Origin: Hydrurus foetidus | Taxonomy: Eukaryota | Assembly (NCBI GenBank): GCA_900617105.1 | Contig: UYFQ01000132.1 | Span: 62,001 to 86,468, forward strand | Length of the DNA: 24,468 nt | Direction: 5' to 3' | In this document: positions 9,233 through 21,519 of the stretch, piece after piece | How the letters are laid out: every line of letters begins with the position of its first letter | Numbering within the stretch: the first letter of the stretch is position 1 | Notes under the pieces: model-generated | The model's input: the letters and a program-made list of their open reading frames with translations, nothing else | Told to the model about the DNA's origin: nothing | Database searches by the model: none | Translations under genes and position numbers: made by a program

Positions 9233-12200
9233 ATGGAGAGAAGTGCAGTCAATCGAATATTCAACGATGATGAGGAAGTCGAGGATGATGAGGAAATGGA
9301 TGGGGCGACGTCTCAGGGGAATGAGAAGTATTCAATTTTCATGAAATTATTGAAGGCAGCGAATGGCTCTACAATTTTAACGCCTACTGATGTAGATCAA
9401 GTCATCGCATACATCTGCGCGAGCGCAACGGTTGGGGCGAAACCCCACGAGGAAACTACTGCAGCTATCGTCGATCTTTTAGGGGCTACAGCTGAGACCT
9501 GCGATGCAGCGCTTCTTAAATATTTAACCACAAACTACACGCGGTTAGAACATCATGCATCCGCACAAGAAGTAGCAAGAACAGTATCTCCACCGCCGAC
9601 AAACAAAAGACTAACGCTAGAGGTTGTCATCTGACTTTGAATTAAGAACCTCATAGTTCGTATTTTTTAACATGACTAATTCTCCTAACTTATTTCTCAT
9701 CACCTACTTATTTTTCATTTCTCATCGTCAACAGAATCTGAAGCCAGTGAGCAGTGAACTGGCGATTTTACTTCTCGAAATCGGTGAATGGGATTTCGAC
9801 ATCTTTGCAGTGGAGAAATGCACCAAATCTTTTCTTCGCATTGTGACGATGACTTGTATGACGGAGTTGAACTTATTGGATCATACTGATTTCGATGAAA
9901 CGAAGCTAGAATCTTACCTCACAGAAATCGATAAATGCTATCGCGACAATCCGTATCACAATTCTCTGCATGCCGCTGACGTGGTGCAGACTACGTATCA
10001 CTTCTGCACGAAGGCTCAGTTGATGGATGCTGCTGGAATGACGCCTTTATCGACATTTGCACTCATATTCGCAGCTGCCATACACGATGTAAATCATGGC
10101 GCACTCACTAATCACTTTTTGGTCACAACATCAGCTACGCTAGCAGTGCAGTACAACGATCATTCTCCACTTGAAAACATGCATTTAGCAACTGCATTCG
10201 GAATCTTAGGAAATCCCGCTCATAACTTCATGGAAAGATTATCCCAATCCACAAAAAAAGAAATTAGAAGACTTGTCATCGCAATAGTTTTGGCAACTGA
10301 CAATGACCGTCATTTCTCGTTGCATGAAGGATTAGAAGGGATTGCCGGATCACGAGAAAAAGCTTCCTCACCAATGAGCAGAATGATTCACCGAAGTAAA
10401 AGATTGAGTTCAGGAACACCAAATTCATCAAACTCTGCATGTTGTACTTCCGAAATGTCACCAGAATCACGATCTATTACAGAAAATTTGGGTATGATAA
10501 AGCTTAATGACGTGCGAAGACCTACAGCTGTCAAACCACAAATGAGAACAAGGTACCTAGAACCTTACATTCCAGAAATATTTTTGTCATTCTTCATTTC
10601 CCATTTTCATTTCTAAATTTCACATCATATTAAAAGACAGTAATTTTCACACATATACTTTTTGTTGTATGCAGTGTCAGGTTATGTGGTAAACCTGAGG
10701 GAGCATGTAGAGAGTAAGTATCTGCATATGACTACACATCAATTAGTCACTTAATCATTTTTTTTTTCAATGGTATGAGGACTTTGTTTTCAGTAGTTCA
10801 TTCATTGAAATAGTCTTTTTGGCTTTTATTTTACTGTTCTTGTATCATTTTTATTATCATTATTCGTCTTATTTTCTTATCATTTACTTTTCATTATTAT
10901 TATTATTCCTTACATTCGGTACACAGTACAGCGCCAAGCCCTAACTCGCACCCGATCACAGCTCCGCACAGCATCAGTATAAACCAGCCATTCAGCGAAT
11001 TCCAGACAGTAACAAGACTAAAATCGGTCAATATGAGGAGGAACAGTGTGGACAGTGGGTCACATTCTCGCAGAACATCATCAGCTGGGTATGTCGAAAA
11101 TGGCTCAGCTGGATCCTTGATGTCAAGTTCTTTATCCGGTAGAGGATTAGGCCTATCAGACGCCCATCAGCTGCACATGTTAGAGAGCATTCTGCATTTG
11201 GCTGACGTGAGCAACCCTGCGAAATCCTGGAATTTGTATTCACGCTGGCTAGACGGGGTAATGGACGAATTCTATAATCAAGGTATTTTCGACCTATTTT
11301 GAATGAGTTATTGCAGTTGTAAATGATCTGCATTCATTAATTGATATCACATTGATTCCAATATCTGAATCTGTTTTGGTTAGTTCTACATTAATACCGT
11401 TTTTCTTTTTCTTTTTTTTTCTTTTTTTCTTCTATAACTCAGTTTCACTTTGTGATTTTTCCTTTTTGCGCTGTTACTTCAATTATGTTTAAAACTACAC
11501 ACGTATTTATTTTTGTACTTACGTAAAACATGTTCTTTATGATTTTAATTCTTTCCTGTTTCTAATTATTTTCTATCGTAGGCGATAAAGAAAGGGAATT
11601 GAATCTTCCAATAACGTTTGCATTCGATAGACATAATCCCGTTCCGCAGCACAAATTCCAAATGGTAATTATATAAACAAATACAGTATATTCCATGTTT
11701 TTCTGTATGTTATTTTGACATACACGCTATAGCTGATTTTAGATACGTTGTTTTTGAGAGAGATTCAAAGGATTATTTACGATTAACACAGCCACAGAAC
11801 TCTTCCTAATATTGCTCTTTGAACTATACTTTCTCATTCAACAGGGATTTATAAAGGCGATTGTTTTTCCTCTATTTAGAACCTTTTCAAGAATGGACGG
11901 TGAGTGACTAGAATGCTTAGAAGTCTAAAAAATGTCTTCTGTACTCCGTCAGTGAAAATCCTTTTTCCAATTATAATGACGAATGTAAACTTATTTTGCT
12001 CGGTATCACTGCTCTGTAATTTTGTTATCATCATTATAATTTTTATTGTTATCCTTCCTTCAAAACAAATTACTTCACAATTTCACTTTTAATTCTCTGC
12101 AATATCAATAAATTAGGCGTTGACGTATCACATTGTTTGCGTCAGCTTGAAATGAATTCAGCTCGTTGGCAAGAAGTTGCTGATTGCGAAAAAGAAATGG

Positions 12201-12238
12201 CGTTTGAAAATGCTTCGAATACGCCACAGAGTTCTTGA
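9233..12238 (+). CDS. Class I 3',5'-cyclic nucleotide phosphodiesterase (PDEase_I), ~620 aa. Exons: join(9233..9622,9735..10552,10675..10713,10927..11282,11582..11664,11845..11899,12117..12238)
   Basis: Motifs WDFDIF, NPYHNSLHAADV, AAIHDVNHGALTN, LENMH, LATD, LADVSNPAK, EFYNQGDKERELNLP, and the invariant Gln in KFQMGFI. Introns are GT-AG with consistent phases and the spliced length is 1863 nt. The acceptor of the 39-nt exon could alternatively start the exon at 10681. Confidence 0.9.
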
Positions 12239-13234
12239 TATGACATATATGTTATGTATATATTATTCTTTAAAAATTTTTCATTAACATTAAAGTTAAT
12301 GACATCGTTTATTTTATCTATTTAGAAATGTAAGATTTAAATATGCATTGATTTAACCTCGGAAATATGTTGTATTTGTTATGAAGCAAAGTCATGAAAT
12401 GAAAAACAAACATCCTGACATCTCTTTGCATTGCACTTTGATGTGAAATAAGTCAGTGTGGTGCAATATGACATAATTTCATAAATGCAATATAATAAAG
12501 TACAGCACTATTCTATTTTATTACATTATATGCTACGTGATCGATGTGATTTGATGTGATTTAAGAATTCGTTATATTATCAAATACGGAACTAAATTTA
12601 ATCAAATCCACTCTGTAAGGTTAAAGCCCTAAAAATCTAAAATCAATTTTTTTCTGCAAGAACGCTGTATCAGGAATAAGGTCGTCTTGCCCACCTGCAA
12701 TTATTACTTTTCCATTCACTGGAAAAAACATGATATGCCAATAAAACACATCTAAATCCAGTATTTCTTCAGGGACGCAAAAACAACGCGTATAATAAAT
12801 AATGCTGAAAATAAAAAAGAAAAACTCAATGGTGAATCTTTTAATTCCAATGACGATATCAATACCAAGGCATTTACCAACGAGAGTGCCCTCACAAACA
12901 TTTGTAAGATTCGAATGTAATCTCAATTGGAGTTAGTCCTCTACCTACCATCTTGATCTGGAAAATCTCAGAAGTGGGTTTTCTACGAACCGTGAAATAC
13001 GGTATGTCACTGTTTTTCAGTGCCGTTTTACGTTTTACGGTTTATGATTTAGAACTTCCATCCCAATCGAATCGCCGAAGATCGATCGATTATATTTCAA
13101 TTGTTTTAAAAAGCCATCTTATCTCAAAATTTGGAGCTCAGAGAATGGTCCCCGGAATTTGAATCGCTATCAGTCACTGTTAGATTTGCTGAAGCGTTGT
13201 ATTGCCGTCCAAACTCAAGATTTCTGTGACGAAA

Positions 13235-13881
13235 ATGATGGACGACATTGTCAACAGGGTAAAATCTCTTGCACAGAGTGGCCAGAAAAGAGATATGCTG
13301 CTTCTTGTTATAGCGTTGGATGTAGTATTCACTTTTTCAGTAACAATCTGCAGTCTTGTTGTCGCCAGCACTGCTAATGCCGGGTTCAACATTGTCCTCA
13401 CCTCCATTCTGAATATCGGTTACATAGCTGGTTCCTATTTCATCGTCACGAAGTCTAAGACACCAATAGCGGTAAGCGATACAAAGATAAATGTAATCTA
13501 ATGATAGCGAAACATCTGACTTGAAATTCTTCAAACTTGTAGATCGGGTTCTTGATAGGAGTATCAGCAAATATGAGTGTCCTGAACTTTATGACAGCAA
13601 TTTACTGGGGACAGCTCAGCAGATGTCTGAATACATACGTATGCCGCAACCCTTCCGCATATAAGGCAGTGTGCACATTTTCGGTATTCATTTTTTTGGT
13701 GCAAGCAGTCGTTTGTGCAGCTGTAATACTGTGGCGGAACGAACTGATCGGTGACGAGTCAAACCAATTTGACTCATTGAATGGATCTCACCCTGGACCG
13801 GCTTCAGTAGGTGGCGCATACGAGAATGTCCTAGGATCTCCATTTCTTGACCCAAAAGTTCAGACATCAGCAGATTTGTAG
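13235..13881 (+). CDS. Hypothetical multi-pass (~4 TM) membrane protein, 191 aa. Exons: join(13235..13471,13543..13881)
   Basis: Two hydrophobic ORFs joined in phase 0 by a 71-nt GTAAG..TAG intron. A Cys-containing loop (CLNTYVCRNPSAYKAVC) lies between TM3 and TM4, followed by a polar C-terminal tail. Confidence 0.75.
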
Positions 13882-14331
13882 CATCCTTCTCGACGTTATA
13901 TACGAAACACGTGCGCATCCAGTATTGAAAATCAAGTGGCATCCAAATGTTGTAATCAGTCCGCACGTTGACGCTATCAGTTTCCCGTCAGCATTTATAA
14001 TAGTAGTTGCTCTACCAAATCAAATTATTTGTTTGAACCATCACGGTGGTGGCATGTTTCATGGTTTCTTGGTGCAGGTTTCCCTCATCATCAATGTCGT
14101 ATAAGAGGAGCTTTCAGCTTCGATTGTATGTTCATAACTTGCATGCAGACAGTGCATTTTTTTCGCCATCCTCAATCATTTTTTACTTCCGCTGTATGTA
14201 TGTACAAAATTCCTAAATAATTTTCATCAATCATGACGTTCACGACCTGTCAGTGATGACAGAACATGAACGAATGCACTTCAACTTCACGAAGCAGTGA
14301 TATAAAATGTTTTATTTTATTCTATAAAATT

Positions 14332-15033
14332 TTATTTGCCCCATTCGCTGGTATGAAGAGCAGTCTGAACAGGATAGAAATCAACATCCGGAAAGAACTG
14401 TTGCGCAAATGGGACGAAGAAGACAATATAAACACCACCGAACTGCAGGCCTATATACAAGAACCATCCTATAAAGACCCATAACTTTCCCAAAATTAAG
14501 CTCTCTTCAAACTTATTGATGTTGAAAACTCTCTCCTCTGACAACCAACGAGCCATCTCTTCATCAACCTGCCTCGGATATGCGACACCGTTCGTAGCTC
14601 CCTTTGCAAATGACGTGAAGACTGCCTCGCATCCCCTTACGGAAACCTTTTGTGACGCGAGTTTCTTCTTCATTTCAGAAATCTGCTTGTCATCCATACC
14701 CTCGCACCCTATCAGGACACCTTTACTGTCTACTGGCCACTTCTCAAACTTTCTCTTGCTGATTGAGTCGTAAAAAGTGATATTTGTCAGCAGGCCGCCC
14801 TCAGGTCTTCGGTAGCCAATGCCCTTATAAAAATCCTCTCTTTTTTGAAATCTTCCTAGAACAGAGACAACGTCGAATACAGTTGGATTCGGTGAGTTTC
14901 TATTGCTCAAGAAGCCCCAAGTTGGTTTCTGGACGTTTCGATCTGCCAGCATCATTATTTGCCCCCTTGAATTAGCAAAAGATTCCGTCAAGGTCAGCGC
15001 TGCGAGGACTGTAATCGATAAAAATAGAAGCAT
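14332..15033 (-). CDS. Hypothetical protein with a bipartite plastid-targeting-like N-terminus and a C-terminal TM segment, 233 aa
   Basis: Single open ORF from ATG. N-terminus MLLFLSITVLAALTLTES-F; hydrophobic segment LWVFIGWFLYIGLQFGGVYIVFFVPF near the C-terminus. Confidence 0.75.
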   Translation of the reverse strand: MLLFLSITVLAALTLTESFANSRGQIMMLADRNVQKPTWGFLSNRNSPNPTVFDVVSVLGRFQKREDFYKGIGYRRPEGGLLTNITFYDSISKRKFEKWPVDSKGVLIGCEGMDDKQISEMKKKLASQKVSVRGCEAVFTSFAKGATNGVAYPRQVDEEMARWLSEERVFNINKFEESLILGKLWVFIGWFLYIGLQFGGVYIVFFVPFAQQFFPDVDFYPVQTALHTSEWGK

Positions 15034-15972
15034 TTTGGTGAATCTGGCTTTTGTCAGGTGATTTCACAGTTGCGATAGAGTCCGGCGTGCGAGGTACTTG
15101 TACAATTACCTCCGCAGCCTGCAGTTGCCCAGTCATATCTATTGCGTGCTTCTTCAATTGAATTTGAAGATGTGACTGCAGTACCAAAATTATCACATCT
15201 CACACCCGCGCGTGACCCGTGACCGTACCTTCTTCCGGGGGTATTATATTATGGAGTAACTACTGGAGAGTGTAGAGTATGCATTGTAGAGCGCAGTTCT
15301 CTTTTCACTATTGTGTTCTGTGTTGCTGGGCTACCAAGTGTACTTTGTTCACTCATTGAATGCAGAGTGTCGAATCTAAATATAGCTCTGAGCGTTGAAC
15401 ATGACCACACCGAATAGTCTGATTCCGATGATGTCCTCATTAAGGTGGATTGCTTTTGAAGGCGGTAAGATTCACTTGTTATTCCGGAAATCTTTGTCTG
15501 CCTCTACTAAGGATTTTCTGAAATTGATCCCATTGATTGCCCTCAAAAAACGCAACTAGGAAGTTCTACGAGTAGATAACCCAGCCACCGCAGTTGTGGT
15601 TGTTACTATGATAGTACATGAGTGATTGAATGCCATGTCAAATACGATGAAGATAATTCTCAGAGCTTTCTCTCTTGCAAGACATAGTCAGTCACGGGCA
15701 TTTCCTGACATAACTAAATTCTCTTCAGTCGGAATAGTGTTGGACATGTCTCACCTTGGGCAGTGAATAGTTTCATATTTGGCCGCATTACGGTATGTTT
15801 TCAAAAAATATACTTCCAATATTTCGAGTGAGTTATCAAGTCATATAAATCGATTTCAAGTTACAAAAAAAACGCAAAGAAAACATGTAGACATTGATAT
15901 GTGGCAGTACGAAAATATGATGTCATTATGTATTTGTGGCCTCTTTGATAAATACGGAATATACCGCTTTCC

Positions 15973-17669
<1,697 letters not shown>

Positions 17670-19218
17670 AGCGATTACGAAATTTCGTTGGAAGAGCATA
17701 TCGGCATGTTCAGAAGTTGATTATTTGCCTAACGGCGAGGGCGGTATCCAGTGTAATTACGGGACCATGCGGGAAGAAGTTATGACAGAAGAACTAGTTA
17801 GAGTCTTCAGCTCAAAATGCTACGTTTTTCTGCCATTTCCTTTCAAAGTTTTAATTAGCCAGTTCACCACTGACGCTGATCAACTTTTCGACTCGAGAGC
17901 TCCAAAGCCCATGGAAATGAGAAGATGAGTTATGAGATATATGAGTTACATATACCCTTTACCTGTTACCTATCGCCTGTCGCTATTGATCTGTTGGATG
18001 TTCAGTAATGTGGACAGAAAGGTGCTCCACATAAGGCATGGCACGTACAACGTACAGTCGAAGTTCGAAGAAATCTATGTAACCTCGAAGTAACAATCTC
18101 CATCCATGTATCCTACAGTACATTGTTGAGGTTACAAGACATCAATGCAGACCACATTATCACACCTTCATCTCGTTACAGTGCCAGTACTACAGATGAA
18201 AAAATCAATGGGAGAATCATGATTTTGCATCCATAGCTAATAGAGTGCTTTGAATTGCTACCATATGATAAATGTAGAACGCCATTCCTCGCAGCTTTAC
18301 TTCATCATTCATCTCTAACAGTGCATTACCGTACAGTGCATCTCTAACAGTGTAGGTTTCAATTACAATAGTTGGTGACGTTATTTCAATCGTGTGCATT
18401 ACCCAGAAGTCAAGAGATGAAGAAGGCACTTCACTACACGCTACAACTAAGTGCTGATTTCTTTTCAATTATAAATAGTTATGCTCGTATAATTTCCTCC
18501 AAAATATAATCCACGTTGCGAATGGCCATCGCTAAAGTAAACATAAGGGCAAATATTTTGGCCAACCTACGGTCCAAGTTACGGTAACTTCATTTCGAAC
18601 AAAATGGTTCAGAGTCAAACGAAAGTGAGTAATCTGGAGCAGTGGAAAGGCCATTCCTTGAGTAGATAGCCTAGCCTGCTCAAGAAGGAGATATAAATTC
18701 CTGACATGTTTTGATTCGCTTTCCTGATAATGCTTCCCCCCCCCACCCCACACCCACACTGCCCCAATTCTCTTGTCTTTCTCGCAATTGAACTCCCTCA
18801 TCATCCTCAATCTGTTGACTTCAGTTCCTCTCAACGGTCGATAAAAAACTGCATCATCATGGGAAAGAATCTTTGATAATACATTTAAATGCTTCAGTAA
18901 CCGCATTTTTGGTACTGGATACTGAAACACAAATACAACTGGGATTTTACGAGTACGTGTACGGAATTTACAATATTTTGCACCGCATGTACATAATTTT
19001 ATGATGCCAATATCATCTTTTTCTGCGTTCGCCTATAAAGGGGGTTTTTTTCCCTATGACCTGTGTAGGACACGATATTACTGAAAACCCTATATAGGCC
19101 TATATAGGTACGAACGTACGAAAATTCTCGCCGTACGTACGATGTTGAAGAGTAACATAATGTGGAATAATGAAACCGAATTTTTTTAGCTTCTTAAAAC
19201 AGTCATTACTGTTATATA

Positions 19219-20799
19219 TCATTGTATAGCAGCAGCAGCAATTAGAAGGGCAATCAACGCATTCCTACCCTCATCAGGCGTATCCATTGCATATTCCATA
19301 TCATCAACTTCATCTTGTTCCTCTATGTCTTCTTCATCTTGACCTTCTTGTAGTTTTTCCGCTTCTTGAATGAGCTGATCTTGATGCTCGGCTGTTAATT
19401 CAGCGATAATATCTCGCAAAGAATCTATGTAGGGTGCTTTCACAGATGTTTGACCGCTCTTCCTAATCATTTTATAAATCATATCAAGTTCCATATAGGA
19501 ACTTGTAACGATATGGGATTGCCTGTTTCTGTTAGTTGTCTTGAATTTTTTAACCATCTTGTTCATTCTTTCTGATTCCCCCTGGCCTGCGAATCCGTTT
19601 ACGAGTTTCCGAAATAGTTCTGAACCCTCTGTAGCAAACAATATCGATACCTTCGAAAAGTTATCTGCACTGTCATTTACAGCCATATACTTCATTCTTT
19701 CTCTACCGAAATGTTGTCCAGATCTGTCCCTGAAGTCCTGATAAACTTTCAGTGCTTCTACTTGCTTTGGAATATCTCCTAAGTAATATCGCTCAATAGC
19801 CGCTAGCAAAGCCTCTTTTCCACCTTCTGGATCGTACGCAACTTTTCCCTCCTCAATGTAAACCAATCCAGGAACTACCATAGTAGCTGCCAAGCATAGC
19901 GGTGTAACTATGTCCTTTTTCCTTTTCTCAAGTAAGTGAGTCACTGAGATATTATGTCCTCCATATAAATCCGGATACTTCACCTCAGCGGCAGCGATAG
20001 CAGCTGTACACTTGGCTTTCGCTAAATCATACCCTAAAGCTATGCTCGAGAGGTTTGGAACGTGGCCATCCGAGACACGCAACAGTTGACGTATAGAATT
20101 CTCAACATCTACAAATATTTTTATTCTTTCCCACGCTACCGAGTTCGAGATGAGCTCCTCCTCTAAGGCGGTAAACTCTGCCTTCTGATCTGCGGGGGCT
20201 CTCAGCATATAATCTCTGATAGGTGCCCCGTAGAACATCTCCTTCAGGTACGCTTTATCGTCCAGAATTCTTTCCGATGAGTGAATTTGAGATGCGAATC
20301 GTGTTTCAGCAGCACCAAGTAGCTGTAGCGATCCAGGCATCACTTTTAAGATGGAAAATACTGAGTCGTGATTGCAGACAAACTTCACGAGGCGAACACA
20401 CAACAAGATTTCCCATTTGAATAGTTTTCCAATGTCCGCGACGAGTAAGTTGCATCCGTGTGTTGTGCACCTTTGGGGAAATATTTTTTGCATTGTTGTG
20501 TCGTATTGAATGAGGCGCAACGTCTTCTTATAGGCTCCATCCAAAGCAACAATGAAAATGTTGTCTGGTCCAGTCGTGGCAATAGCTGATTTTATATCAA
20601 TCAAAAGATAGTCCGCTCTTTTGAATAGACCCGTCGCGTCAGTTGATTGACAAAAAAAAGCTCCATTCGACGTCATAAGAACCGAGTTGATTAAAGATCT
20701 CTCATCGTCGGCGGCGATGATGGAACGAAGCTCCTGAGTTTCCGTTGCGATGGAGAAAATTACCGCGGTCTTTAACTGGTGTCCAAGGGACATCTGCAA
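19219..20799 (-). pseudogene. hAT transposase (DUF659-like core plus C-terminal dimerisation-like region), N-terminally truncated
   Basis: RSLINSVLMTSNGAFFCQSTDATG...GPDNIFIVALDGA, CTTHGCNLLVADI (CxxH), ETRFAS, and SERMN (catalytic Glu region). No BED finger, and no intact DGW motif upstream of RSLIN. The 526-codon ORF is otherwise open. Confidence 0.8.
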
Positions 20800-20914
20800 A
20801 GTTTCAGCCCATCGGTTAAAGTTTTGTTATCAATGTGCTCTTCAGCACGATCAGTGAGTTGAGATTTCACTCCGAGAGATCAGATGAGCAATGCTTGCCG
20901 AATCTCCAATTCGG

Positions 20915-20981
20915 TTTCAAAATTTCTGGACCCAGGGTCTGGAATCGAATTTTCAAAATTTCTGGACCCAAGTCTGGAATC
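20915..20981. repeat. Tandem ~32-bp direct repeat in the hAT 5' subterminal region
   Basis: tttcaaaatttctggacccagggtctggaatc (20915-20946) and tttcaaaatttctggacccaagtctggaatc (20951-20981). Confidence 0.9.
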
Positions 20982-21070
20982 AAGGTTTAGTTCCGTATAG
21001 GTTCGAAATTCTACCAACCTATGTAGGGCCCTATATAGGTGATTTCGAGAAAACCTACATAGGGCCCTAT

Positions 21071-21307
21071 TGTTGGAGAACCTCTTAGTTCCGAGCACCC
21101 TAGATCGGAACGTGGACCTGTGGTCTGGAGGTTCGATTACCAAGGCTTGTGAAATGAGACGCTTGTTGCCAATAATCACTGTGCTTGTTAATTTGACTGT
21201 GCTGAATCCCTGTCTACAGCCCCGAGTCCCTTTCAACGCAACAACAAATCAAACCTACACTACACTTGAAGTACGGTGTTCTGCTCAGGCCCATACATCT
21301 TCGCACG

Positions 21308-21375
<68 letters not shown>

Positions 21376-21447
21376 TAATCCGTACGTCCGTACGAATGCA
21401 TAAGTACACATAATGTGTTCGTGTCATGAACTCAGATATATCCAACA
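21071..21447 (-). repeat. 3' LTR of the copia element (377 bp)
   Basis: Perfect 7-bp inverted termini TGTTGGA (21071-21077) and TCCAACA (21441-21447). On the minus strand it is immediately preceded by the PPT-like ATAAGGGTG (21456-21448) and lies ~70 nt after the natural pol stop. The second LTR is not in the window. Confidence 0.8.
21312..21373. repeat. (CA)31 microsatellite inside the putative LTR
   Basis: Directly visible; preceded by (CGCA)n. Confidence 0.98.
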
Positions 21448-21519
21448 CACCCTTATGCTACAACACATTTGTTCGCAGTTTGATAATCAAGCATTCGTTG
21501 TCTACTGATAGTTAATATT

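Larger units (their letters stand above)
18940..21070 (-). mobile_element. hAT-superfamily DNA transposon, defective. The left boundary is approximate and the right part is interrupted by the copia element.
   Basis: Contains a transposase ORF. The palindromic motif CCTATATAGG occurs on both sides of it (19089-19108 twice; 21030-21039), with variants cctatgtagg and cctacatagg near 21018-21063. TIRs and the 8-bp TSD were not identified. Confidence 0.7.

Noticed and set aside
12621..12926. Minus ORF containing VIIAGGQDDLIP, reminiscent of an alpha/beta-hydrolase motif
   Set aside because: A single short motif with no ATG start and no other exons; not supportable without a search.
15240..15760. 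Intergenic stretch with coding-like composition
   Set aside because: Multiple stops in the frames examined and no recognisable homology.
17700..18930. ORFs 18217-18468 and 18532-18930 (-) as genes
   Set aside because: Non-ATG starts and no motifs. Possibly decayed gene or TE remnants, but unidentifiable.
20915..21070. CRISPR-like array from the ~32-bp repeats
   Set aside because: Only two copies separated by 4 nt, no spacers or cas genes, and a eukaryotic transposon context.
21088..21102. gttccgagcacccta (reverse complement TAGGGTGCTCGGAAC) as the hAT terminal inverted repeat
   Set aside because: No matching TIR was found left of the transposase, and the motif lies inside the TGTTGGA...TCCAACA-bounded LTR.
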